The position numbers were made by a program, and so were the translations under genes. Shown here piece after piece: positions 47,103-56,072 of a stretch of 64,000 bases of DNA. Origin of the DNA: Chloroflexota bacterium. Its GTDB lineage: Bacteria; Chloroflexota; Chloroflexia; Chloroflexales; Roseiflexaceae. Numbering within the stretch: the first letter of the stretch is position 1; each line of letters starts with the position of its first letter. Under the pieces are notes generated by a model that saw only the letters and a program-made list of their open reading frames with translations, ran no database searches and had not been told where the DNA came from. Where the stretch lies: contig JBEANH010000001.1 in the NCBI GenBank assembly GCA_041165505.1, forward strand, positions 12,021 through 76,020, in the 5' to 3' direction.

Positions 47103-48359
47103 ATGCGTTTTGTATCACAGCTGATGCAGCTTCCCGTGCTTGCCAAAGATGGGAGCGAAATTGGACGTTTGCATGATGTAATTGTGCGGATTGACAATCG
47201 CCAGTACCCGCCAATCGCGGGGCTTGTGGTGATTGATCGTCGGCGTCCATTTTTTATCCCCGCCACACATCTCACCGACATTACCGAACGTACAATACAG
47301 CTCAATACGACCAATGTGAATGTGCAACGCTTTGAACGTCGCGACGGTGAAGTGTTGCTAAACAAAGATGTGCTCGATCATCAAATCATTGACATCAACG
47401 GTCGGCGTGTGGTGCGTGTCAACGACATTCAAATGGCGCAACTCGACCAAGAGTACTGCGTGGTTGGGGTAGACATCAGCCCGCAGGCGCTGATACGGCG
47501 CATTTTGCCCCGCTCGGCATCACCGCGTATTGGCGGGCGTCAAGTGATCAGTTGGGCAGATGCGCAATATCTGGCCAGTGCGGCTCCTGTGCAACTCAAA
47601 GTCTCCTACAACCGCCTTGCCGAGCTGGGTGCGGTGGATTTGGCACGTATCGTGGATGCCTTGTCGCTCCGAGAAAGTGCCGAGATTGTGGCGGCACTCG
47701 ACGACGAAACCGCGGCCGAAACACTCGAAGAAGTCTCCGATGAACGCCTCGTAGACCTACTCGAAGACATGGATCAGGAACGTGCGGCTGATATCCTCGA
47801 AGAGATGACGCCCAACGCTGCTGCAGACCTGCTCGAAGAGCTCGACGATGATGTGGCCCAACAAATTCTGGCACGCATGGAGCCCGAAGAAGCCGAAGAC
47901 GTGAAAGAACTCATGGCCTACGATGAAAATAGCGCTGGGCGGACGATGACCACCGACCTGATTGTGGCCTTCCCCGATGACACGGTGCAATGCGTGATAG
48001 ACGAGCTACGCGCCCGCGACGAACTCCCCGAACCATTCACCGAAATCTATGTCGTTGAACGCCGAGATACTGACACAAGCCAACATCTTGGTCTCCCACT
48101 CGTTGGCATTGTGCGCATCCCAAAGCTGCTCGTGAGTGATGCCACGGTGCAGTTACGTGACATCCTCGAAGCCGTTCCCACCATTGCAGCTGATGATCAT
48201 ACTGACGTTGCTGCACGAGTACTCGGTGAATACAATCTGACTGCTGTGCCTGTACTCGATGAACATGGTGCACTCATCGGCGCAGTGAGTGTGGATGACG
48301 CATTAGCGCAGCTGTTGCCTGATATTTGGCTCCGGCGCGGTTCACGTAATTTCGGTTAA
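47103..48359 (+). CDS. Soluble PRC-barrel + MgtE N-domain + CBS-pair protein (no membrane domain)
   Basis: GAGGAGG RBS. The N-terminal region is PRC-barrel-like. It is followed by acidic MgtE_N helical repeats (EDMDQERAADILEEM, AADLLEELDDD) and then a tandem CBS pair. There are no hydrophobic helices. Confidence 0.75.
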   Translation: MRFVSQLMQLPVLAKDGSEIGRLHDVIVRIDNRQYPPIAGLVVIDRRRPFFIPATHLTDITERTIQLNTTNVNVQRFERRDGEVLLNKDVLDHQIIDINGRRVVRVNDIQMAQLDQEYCVVGVDISPQALIRRILPRSASPRIGGRQVISWADAQYLASAAPVQLKVSYNRLAELGAVDLARIVDALSLRESAEIVAALDDETAAETLEEVSDERLVDLLEDMDQERAADILEEMTPNAAADLLEELDDDVAQQILARMEPEEAEDVKELMAYDENSAGRTMTTDLIVAFPDDTVQCVIDELRARDELPEPFTEIYVVERRDTDTSQHLGLPLVGIVRIPKLLVSDATVQLRDILEAVPTIAADDHTDVAARVLGEYNLTAVPVLDEHGALIGAVSVDDALAQLLPDIWLRRGSRNFG

Positions 48360-48374
48360 AACGAGGAAGAGTGC

Positions 48375-49667
48375 ATGACACACGAGCAAATTACATGGCA
48401 AACACGATGGGTACGTGCGCTGCGTCGTCGTTGGTGGCCGTATCTCGCGGCGATTGGTCCAGGAGTGCTTGCTGCAAGTGCCGGTAATGATGCAGGTGGA
48501 ATCGCCACCTATGCATCTGCAGGTGCACGCTACGGTTATTCACTCTTGTGGGTCATGGTGCTTATCACTGTGGCTGTGGCCGTCGTACAAGAAATGTCAG
48601 CCCGCCTAGGGGCGGTGACGGGTAAGGGATTTGCTGACTTGGTACGTGAAAATTTCCCTATTCGCGTCACTGCGTTTGTCATGCTCACGCTGCTTCTGGC
48701 CAATACGGGAATCATTGTGTCGGAATTCGTGGGTATCGCAGCAGCAGCCGAACTCTTTGGGGTCAGTAAATATATCGCTGTTCCCATGGCAGCGTTTACG
48801 ATGTGGTTCGTGATTACCCGGGGCAGTTATGCTCGTGCAGAACAATTTTTGCTCGTTCTGAGCGCCGTCTTTTTGTCATATGTGATTTCCGTGTTGTTGG
48901 TGCATCCTGCCCCCGCCGATATTTTGCAGGGATTGCGTCCCACATTCGTCGCTGAAAGCGAGTACATCAAACTCATTGTGGCGTTAGTTGGGACAACGAT
49001 TTCACCATATATGCAGCTCTACGTGCAATCGTCTGTCGTAGAAAAGGGTGTCACCGTCAACGAATTTCGCTATACACGCGTTGATGTAGTCGTTGGTACC
49101 ATCCTTGCTGGAATCGTAGCGGCATGTATCATTATCGCTACTGCCACCACGCTTTTTCCACAGGGGATTGTCATTGTTACTGCCGCAGATGCCGCTATTG
49201 CACTTACGCCAATTGCCGGTGAATATGCCACACTCCTGTTCGGTATCGGGTTGCTCGGGGCATCACTACTGGCAGCTGGTATTTTGCCGTTGTCAACCAC
49301 CTACATGTTAAGTGAGTCGTTGGGGTTCGAGCGTGGGGTGTCGCGGACGTGGAACGAAGCTCCGATTTTCATGGGCGTATTTACCGTTTTGATTGTGTTT
49401 GGTGCCGTTGTTGCGTTGATCCCCGGCTTGCCGCTAATTGATGTGCTTATCGGTGTCTATGTCCTCAACGGCGTGTTGCTTCCCATCGAGCTCATCGCCA
49501 TCGTGCTCTTAATCAATAATCCGGAGCTGATGGGGACACACGTGAATACGTGGTGGCATAATCTCATCGTGTGGGGGATTGTAGCCCTCGTTGGGATGCT
49601 TTCCCTGCTGTATATTGCTTGGCAACTCTACGACTGGATGGGGGGTGCCGGCATCGTCGGTGGTTGA
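48375..49667 (+). CDS. NRAMP-family transporter with non-canonical metal site
   Basis: 430 aa and about 11 TM helices with overall NRAMP similarity. The TM1 motif reads DAGG (48489-48500) instead of DPGN. The TM6 motif reads GTTISPYM (48990-49013) instead of GATVMPHN. Confidence 0.8.
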   Translation: MTHEQITWQTRWVRALRRRWWPYLAAIGPGVLAASAGNDAGGIATYASAGARYGYSLLWVMVLITVAVAVVQEMSARLGAVTGKGFADLVRENFPIRVTAFVMLTLLLANTGIIVSEFVGIAAAAELFGVSKYIAVPMAAFTMWFVITRGSYARAEQFLLVLSAVFLSYVISVLLVHPAPADILQGLRPTFVAESEYIKLIVALVGTTISPYMQLYVQSSVVEKGVTVNEFRYTRVDVVVGTILAGIVAACIIIATATTLFPQGIVIVTAADAAIALTPIAGEYATLLFGIGLLGASLLAAGILPLSTTYMLSESLGFERGVSRTWNEAPIFMGVFTVLIVFGAVVALIPGLPLIDVLIGVYVLNGVLLPIELIAIVLLINNPELMGTHVNTWWHNLIVWGIVALVGMLSLLYIAWQLYDWMGGAGIVGG

Positions 49668-49689
49668 TGCCGGCCCTGTCCAGGTGTCG

Positions 49690-50025
49690 TTAAAACTCGA
49701 TATCGTCAGCGCAGCGTGGACCTGTATCAGTCCAGTCGGGCATGCTCTGCAGGGTTACTTGCGGAATGACGTGCATATCAGTATCAACCGAAATCTGGCA
49801 ACTGAGGCGGTATTGTCCCAAATAACCCTTTTCAGTCAATTTGGCCGTTTCGGCGGCGTTCATGCTGGCTGGTTCACCGGCGACAAACTGCACACGACAC
49901 GTGGTACAGCGGGATTTGCCCCCACAACGATGACCAATCATTATTCCCGCGTCTTCGATGACATTCACCAGGCGTGTGCCTACAGGTACGTCAACAACCG
50001 TTGTGCCGATAGTTACTTTTGGCAT
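49690..50025 (-). CDS. 2Fe-2S ferredoxin
   Basis: 111 aa with cluster cysteines C-x5-C-x2-C...C (HRCGGKSRCTTCRV ... LSCQ). Confidence 0.8.
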   Translation of the reverse strand: MPKVTIGTTVVDVPVGTRLVNVIEDAGIMIGHRCGGKSRCTTCRVQFVAGEPASMNAAETAKLTEKGYLGQYRLSCQISVDTDMHVIPQVTLQSMPDWTDTGPRCADDIEF

Positions 50026-50029
50026 GGGA

Positions 50030-51241
50030 TTACCCTTTCTGCAGTGTGCGAATCAGTGGTATATAGATAATCAACGCTATACATCCTAACACAAATGGTA
50101 TGCTGAACGCCCATTGATAGCCACTCGCAATATAGTGACCAGATGGGGTGCGTCCCACATAATTAATGACTTGCCCCATCACCCATTGCAACACCCAGCC
50201 ACCAAAGAAGCCAAAGATGTTGAGCGCAGTGGCTGCGCGGCCACTCATCGTATCCGCAAAGAGGGTGCGTACTTGGGGGAGCATGATGACATTAAACGAT
50301 GAGCCGAAACCAAAAATGCCATAGACAGCAAAGAGCGTTGCTGGTGTGGCAGGAAACGGGATAAAGACGAAATATGCTAATGTAGTTAACATAACAATTT
50401 GTGCGCCTATTAGCACATTGACACCACCAAACCGATCAGACAAAATCCCACTGGCTGCATAGCCAAGCACTGCGCCGATACCAAGGACGAGGAGTAATAA
50501 GCCGACGTCGCTACTTGATACCCGTGCCACATCATACGCAAACGGTCCGGCCCACAACGTCTGTACCGCAAGCATGCTCCCGAGCATGGAAAAGTAGAGG
50601 GGAGCCATGCGCAGAAAGGTGCGATGTGTGTAGATTTCTGCATACCCATCTAGCACTGAGCCCCCCGGTTTGCCGAGTGACGGTGTATGCGGAGCGTCGT
50701 GTCCAATACGGCGAATGCCGTAGGCAATACAGGCGACAATGGGTGCACTCACCAAAAAGATGGTACGCCAGCCGTAGGTGTCGGCAAAATACGCCATCGG
50801 TGACGTGGATAACAAACCACCACACGCCCCGAGTGCAACCATGACACTGGTCATAGTTGCAAGTTGGTTTTTGGGCACCCAGTTACCGAACGTCTTTACT
50901 GCACCCATCAATCCACCCGCCGTGCCAAGTCCGATGAGTGTGCGCCCCAGCGCAAGTGGCCAGAAACTGGTAGCGGTCGCAAAGAGCACACACCCAATCA
51001 CGGTGGGAATCATGAGGAGTGGGATGACAATCCGTGACCCGTAGCGATCGAGGGCAGCGCCGAGGGGGAGTTGCATCAACGAGAACGAGATGTAGTAGAT
51101 ACTCGTCATGGTGCCTAACTGATCGGCGTTTAGTGCGAGTTCTTGCATCAAGTCGGCCGAAATTACTGCATTTGCAGCGCGTAAAAAAGAGGCAACCATG
51201 TAGCCAAACGCAAACGCCGCAAAGACTGAGCGAAAGCGCAT
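50030..51241 (-). CDS. MFS transporter
   Basis: About 12 TM helices. I chose the ATG at 51241, which is tightly coupled to the MmpS-like stop (TAACCATG). Confidence 0.8.
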   Translation of the reverse strand: MRFRSVFAAFAFGYMVASFLRAANAVISADLMQELALNADQLGTMTSIYYISFSLMQLPLGAALDRYGSRIVIPLLMIPTVIGCVLFATATSFWPLALGRTLIGLGTAGGLMGAVKTFGNWVPKNQLATMTSVMVALGACGGLLSTSPMAYFADTYGWRTIFLVSAPIVACIAYGIRRIGHDAPHTPSLGKPGGSVLDGYAEIYTHRTFLRMAPLYFSMLGSMLAVQTLWAGPFAYDVARVSSSDVGLLLLVLGIGAVLGYAASGILSDRFGGVNVLIGAQIVMLTTLAYFVFIPFPATPATLFAVYGIFGFGSSFNVIMLPQVRTLFADTMSGRAATALNIFGFFGGWVLQWVMGQVINYVGRTPSGHYIASGYQWAFSIPFVLGCIALIIYIPLIRTLQKG

Positions 51242-51243
51242 GG

Positions 51244-51675
51244 TTATTCCTTGGCTGCGGTTGGTACAACCGCCATGCACATGATGCTATCGGTAACTGT
51301 TTCGGGCTGCTGACTTATCACTTGACCGGCGGTCGAAATTTGGCAACCGATTGTGCCGGTTCCACGATTCGTGACTTGAATGAGTAAATCACGGCCATGT
51401 GGCGCACGGAAACTGAAGCGCCACGGTGGGGCTCCCACCCGTGAATCGTTGTATGCCAAATCGTTGAGATAACGAATCGCTACTTCACTGGTGTTACCGG
51501 TGACTTCGTACTCGATGCGTGCACTCCGTGGTGTCAGGTCAACTGTTTCTTGCTGTGCTTTATAGATATTGCCGAAAATCCCAACAGCCAATGCCAGTGA
51601 TACCAATACTACGGCCATTATCGTGGCACGGCGCTTACCGGTGGCAACGTGAGTCTGTTCATCAAATGGTTGCAT
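51244..51675 (-). CDS. MmpS-like small membrane protein
   Basis: A single N-terminal TM is followed by a domain matching the MmpS pattern (YEVTG...AIRYLND...PPW...GTIGCQISTAGQV...C). I chose the ATG at 51675, which has a GAGGA RBS. Confidence 0.65.
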   Translation of the reverse strand: MQPFDEQTHVATGKRRATIMAVVLVSLALAVGIFGNIYKAQQETVDLTPRSARIEYEVTGNTSEVAIRYLNDLAYNDSRVGAPPWRFSFRAPHGRDLLIQVTNRGTGTIGCQISTAGQVISQQPETVTDSIMCMAVVPTAAKE

Positions 51676-51740
51676 ATGTCCTCGAATACTAGAATATGGT
51701 GGCGCGATGCACGCATGCATCACTTCAGTATAATAGCACT

Positions 51741-52253
51741 ATGAGTCCACGCCAAAAAACACCACTCACATACGAACTCGCACTGCTTGGTTTTGTGGCA
51801 TCGTCTCCACTCCACGCATATGCACTCCACCTGGCGTTGATGCGCTCACCGCTTGGCAACGTGTGGCACCTCAAACAGAGTGCCTGCTATGCCATGATTT
51901 CGCGTTTGGTGGATGATGCGCTCCTCGATACCCGTGATGACGATACTACGGCACGCGGTAAACGCTTTTTGCATATCACGGCAGCGGGTCAAGCGGCATT
52001 TTTACAGTGGATGGTGGCTCCGGTGCATCATCCGCGTGATATGCGCATCGAGTTCCTCGCCAAACTCTATTTTGCAACTGCACAATCGCCATCACATCGT
52101 GCCACATTGATTGCCGCACAGCAAGAAAAAATACCACAGTGGTACGGTGATGCTCCCGTAGCAGATCGTTTTACCCACGACGTGTACGCATACCGCCGTG
52201 GCCATATTGACGCAATTGCGCTGTGGCTTGCGCAACTTACCTGTCCCCCATAA
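51741..52253 (+). CDS. PadR-family transcriptional regulator
   Basis: Has a winged-helix PadR pattern (LLGFV...PLHAYAL...YAMISRLVDDALL). The ATG at 51741 lies 7 nt after a TATAAT box, so the transcript may be leaderless. Confidence 0.75.
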   Translation: MSPRQKTPLTYELALLGFVASSPLHAYALHLALMRSPLGNVWHLKQSACYAMISRLVDDALLDTRDDDTTARGKRFLHITAAGQAAFLQWMVAPVHHPRDMRIEFLAKLYFATAQSPSHRATLIAAQQEKIPQWYGDAPVADRFTHDVYAYRRGHIDAIALWLAQLTCPP

Positions 52254-52293
52254 CTGCTTTATAATGGCAGTGGTATCTTCTAGAGGAATCACG

Positions 52294-53511
52294 ATGAACG
52301 TACATCTCCCCACTGACGATCGCTTTGTCTTTTCCAAACGCGTGCAGTACATGGAATCGTTTGCAGAAGCAGTGCTTGATTTACCCGACGAACGTGAAGA
52401 CACGATTAGTTTGGCGTATGGTGACGCCGACCCCGATCTTTTTCCTGTGGCTGATCTAATCACGTCGGTGTCACAGATGATGCAGTCGCGAGTTGATGAA
52501 ACACTCAACTACGCCCCCCCGGATGCCGCACTCCTCACGTTGATTCAGCAACGTATGCGCAACCAGAATGTTGATTTACCGTTGTCACAGTACATTACCG
52601 TGAATGGCTCGAGTCAAGTCATCGGGCTTCTTCCGCACGTCTTGTGTGACCCGGGTGATGCGGTCATTGTAGAAGGACCCACGTTTCTTGGTGCCGTCGA
52701 AACGTTCCACAACATGGGTGTGCGTGTTGAAATGGTACCAGTGCGTGATGATGGACTCGATCTTGATATGCTTGAAGCGCGTCTCCAACAATTGCGCAAT
52801 CAAGGCGTGCCAGTTAAGTTCATCTACACCATTCCCACGTTCCAGAATCCAACGGGGACGACGATGCCGCTCGCCAATCGCCTGCGCTTACTCGCCATTG
52901 CGGCGCGTTTTGGTGTGCTGATTGTCGAAGATGATGCATACGGTGATTTGCACTTCAATAACCCGACACCGCCGAAGCTGATTGCCCTCGACACGCACGA
53001 GAGCGTGTTGTACGTGGGGACGTTTTCCAAAATCTTGGCTCCCGGTGTGCGCATGGCGTGGGCGTGTGGCCCCAAACCACTCATCCAGCGCCTCCACAAA
53101 TGGAAGTCAGAGGGGAGCAATGGGCCATTCATGACACGATTGGTTGCACAAATTTCTGCCAATGGTTGGTTGGATCAGCACATTGACCGTCTGAATGCCT
53201 TGTATGCGGCCAAATGTGAAGTCCTGTTGGCAGGTATCCGGGCGCATTTCCCCGCAGATATCCGCTATGTGGTGCCACAAGGTGGGTTTTTTGTCTATGT
53301 GCATCTCCCTGCCGATTTACCCGTTGCCCGCCTGATGCCTGCCGCCCTTCGGCGCAATGTGTCGTTTCTGCCTGGGACCACGTGCTATGCGCACGGCGAA
53401 GGTACCCACGAAATGCGTTTGGCCTATAGTTATCAATCAGCGGAACGGATTGCAATCGGTATCCGACAGCTCGGTGACGCCATGGCAGCGGTACGCGCTG
53501 GGCAACCCTGA
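52294..53511 (+). CDS. ARO8/LysN-type class I PLP aminotransferase (paralog 1)
   Basis: Motifs are FQNPTGT, EDDAYGDL and the PLP-lysine context GTFSKILAPGVRMAW. AGAGGA RBS. Confidence 0.8.
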   Translation: MNVHLPTDDRFVFSKRVQYMESFAEAVLDLPDEREDTISLAYGDADPDLFPVADLITSVSQMMQSRVDETLNYAPPDAALLTLIQQRMRNQNVDLPLSQYITVNGSSQVIGLLPHVLCDPGDAVIVEGPTFLGAVETFHNMGVRVEMVPVRDDGLDLDMLEARLQQLRNQGVPVKFIYTIPTFQNPTGTTMPLANRLRLLAIAARFGVLIVEDDAYGDLHFNNPTPPKLIALDTHESVLYVGTFSKILAPGVRMAWACGPKPLIQRLHKWKSEGSNGPFMTRLVAQISANGWLDQHIDRLNALYAAKCEVLLAGIRAHFPADIRYVVPQGGFFVYVHLPADLPVARLMPAALRRNVSFLPGTTCYAHGEGTHEMRLAYSYQSAERIAIGIRQLGDAMAAVRAGQP

Positions 53512-53562
53512 GAGCGGTTTTCTGTTACAATAGCAGCGTTATTCACACTAGAGGAGTGTACG

Positions 53563-54765
53563 ATGAGCAGTGGAGCTGGGTTGTCACTCGACGCGTTGTT
53601 TTCAACACGTGCCAAGTCGTTTCGTGAAGGTCCTGATTGGGCACCAGAACCCGAAGGCACCATCAGTTTGTCCTATGGATTTGCGGATCCCGCACACTTT
53701 CCTGTGGCATCAATTATAGACGCCACTTCGGAAGTGCTGGCTGAAGATGTCAACGGTGCACTTAATTATGGGCCCACGTACCCCGGTTTGGTGCGATTGG
53801 TCGTTGATCGGCTCCAGGCACGCGGCGTGGCACATGCCGCACCATCCAACGTGATGATTTCATATGGTTCGAGTCAGATTTTGGCGCTACTGCCACAAAT
53901 CATGGTTGATCCCGGTGATGTAGTCATCGTCGAGGGTCCGTGTTTCATGGGTGCTGTCCGTTCCTTCCAAGAAGCGGGTGCCAAAATCGAAACCGTGCCC
54001 GTGCGTGCCGATGGGATGGATATTGACGCGCTGGCCAGCATGCTTGCGTCACTGACGGCGCAGGGGATTCGGCCAAAATTCATCTACACGACACCCACCT
54101 ATCAAAATCCCACCGGCACACTCATGCCACTCGCCAATCGCAAACGCCTTGTGGCACTTGCCGAGCAGTACGGCGTGTTAATCCTCGAAGATGACGCCTA
54201 CGGCGATTTGCGCTTCGAGGGCGAGCCATTACCCAAGCTGATTGCCCTGGACACAAAGGGATGGGTGCTCAACTGCGGTACGTTCTCCAAGATTCTCGCC
54301 CCGGGGGTGCGTATGGCATGGGCGTGTGGCCCCGAAGCCATCATCAAGCGGTTGCAGAAATTCAAGATCGAAGGATCAAGTGGCCCATTTTTGACGCGCA
54401 TGGTTGAACGCTTTTCTGCGGACGGCAAACTCGATGCGCATATTGCCGAATTAAACGAGAACTATCGCCACAAGCGTGATGTGATGCTCGATGCCATTCG
54501 CCGTGAATTTCCTGCCGATGTGCGCTATACCGTTCCTGAGGGTGGGTTTTTCATCTATCTCTACTTGCCCGATGATATGCCAGCTGCCACGGTCCTCGCC
54601 AAGGGGCGTGAGCTGGGGGTTACTGCGTTGTCTGGTGTGGGTTGTTATGCCAATGGTCAGGGCGCTCACGAGATGCGTTTGGCGTTCAGCTATCAACCGG
54701 AAGCGAAATTAGTTGAGGGGATACGCAGACTCGGTGCTGCCATGAAAGCGGTACGTACACAATAA
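53563..54765 (+). CDS. ARO8/LysN-type class I PLP aminotransferase (paralog 2)
   Basis: 400 aa and colinear with the preceding gene, with the same motif set (YQNPTGT, EDDAYGDL, GTFSKILAPGVRMAW). Confidence 0.8.
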   Translation: MSSGAGLSLDALFSTRAKSFREGPDWAPEPEGTISLSYGFADPAHFPVASIIDATSEVLAEDVNGALNYGPTYPGLVRLVVDRLQARGVAHAAPSNVMISYGSSQILALLPQIMVDPGDVVIVEGPCFMGAVRSFQEAGAKIETVPVRADGMDIDALASMLASLTAQGIRPKFIYTTPTYQNPTGTLMPLANRKRLVALAEQYGVLILEDDAYGDLRFEGEPLPKLIALDTKGWVLNCGTFSKILAPGVRMAWACGPEAIIKRLQKFKIEGSSGPFLTRMVERFSADGKLDAHIAELNENYRHKRDVMLDAIRREFPADVRYTVPEGGFFIYLYLPDDMPAATVLAKGRELGVTALSGVGCYANGQGAHEMRLAFSYQPEAKLVEGIRRLGAAMKAVRTQ

Positions 54766-56063
54766 TGGCGTCACATACATCCTCACAATCACCGATGAGT
54801 GCAATGGTGCATCGGGTCGAGCGCGTTATGCTCGGCCCGATGCGTGGTGATGTCCGCTACAACGTGTGGGTGGAAACCATCGCCGCACTCTTGTTCGGAA
54901 TATTCTGGGCTGTCGTTGTGGGGTTTATGCCGGTCATATTGCGTAAAATGGGCGCCACTGAGTCGCATCTCGCCATTTACGTGGTCTTCATGTCACTCGG
55001 CTTACTATTTACCCCAATCACCGCATATGTGTTTCAGCGCTACAACATTATCAAAGTCTCAACGTGGATATGGGTTTTTGGGCGTAGTGTGTTCGTGTTG
55101 ACTCCGTTTGTGGCAGACAACGTCACGTTGTTCATGGTCTGTCTGGGTATTTTTTGGATTTGTGAAACGGTGCCATCACCCGGGTATGTGCGCTTGCTCG
55201 AGCAACTCTACCCCGACGAGCTGCGTGGCCGCATCATGAGTTTTGTACGCATCGGCATGACGTTGATGATTCTCATCATGACTCCTGTTGCTGGCTGGTT
55301 GCTCGATCAGGTCAGTTTTGTCTACATTTTGCCCGCCATGAGTGTCGTTGGGTGGCTGGCGGCAGCCGTGTTTGCCAAACTGCGTACCGTGGTCCCGCCA
55401 TCGAGTGACCCGTCGGCGGTGTCAGTCTTGCCGGCTACGCCTGTACGGCCGCCATTTTGGCAGATGCTACGTGAGGTGGGCAAAAACCGCCCCTTCATGA
55501 TTTTTCTTGCCCTCAACGTGCTTTTCGGATGTGGCACCTTGATTGGCTCACCACTCTACGCCGTGGTACAGGTAAACCGTCTCGAAATGAACTACACGGA
55601 AGTCGGTTATCTGAATCTCGTGCAGTCTATCACCTGGTTGTTGGGCTTCTTTTTTTGGGGGCGTATCACTGACCGCCGTGGGCCAATCTGGGTGCTGGTG
55701 ATTAGCATGCTGTGTGGTGCTATGTTGCCCTTCGGCTTTATGGTGGCACAGTCCATGTGGTGGCTCATTCCCGCTTTCATCGGCCAAGGGCTTCTCCTCG
55801 GTGGCTTTGATTTGGGCTTCACCAATACGGCAATCGCTGTTGCGGATCGGAAGCGCCTCGAGATATATTTTGCAGCGGTGCATATGGTGTCGGGTGCCCG
55901 TGGCATCTTGGTGCCCTTGTTGACACCCGTCCTGATTGCCGCACAGGTTAGCGAAACGGCGATATTTGCCGTTGGAGGCATACTGATTGTTATTTCCGCA
56001 GGAATGGCCTACTGGATTCGTATTCCTGCACACAAAGAACCGCATACACAGGGAACAGAGTGA
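54765..56063 (+). CDS. MFS transporter
   Basis: 432 aa and about 12 TM helices. The start overlaps the upstream stop (TAATG). Confidence 0.8.
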   Translation: MASHTSSQSPMSAMVHRVERVMLGPMRGDVRYNVWVETIAALLFGIFWAVVVGFMPVILRKMGATESHLAIYVVFMSLGLLFTPITAYVFQRYNIIKVSTWIWVFGRSVFVLTPFVADNVTLFMVCLGIFWICETVPSPGYVRLLEQLYPDELRGRIMSFVRIGMTLMILIMTPVAGWLLDQVSFVYILPAMSVVGWLAAAVFAKLRTVVPPSSDPSAVSVLPATPVRPPFWQMLREVGKNRPFMIFLALNVLFGCGTLIGSPLYAVVQVNRLEMNYTEVGYLNLVQSITWLLGFFFWGRITDRRGPIWVLVISMLCGAMLPFGFMVAQSMWWLIPAFIGQGLLLGGFDLGFTNTAIAVADRKRLEIYFAAVHMVSGARGILVPLLTPVLIAAQVSETAIFAVGGILIVISAGMAYWIRIPAHKEPHTQGTE

Positions 56064-56072
56064 GGTGTTGTT

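Noticed and set aside
47103-48359. Annotating the gene as a magnesium transporter MgtE.
   Set aside because: Only the cytoplasmic N-domain and CBS pair are present, plus PRC barrels. There are no C-terminal transmembrane helices, so it cannot itself be a channel.
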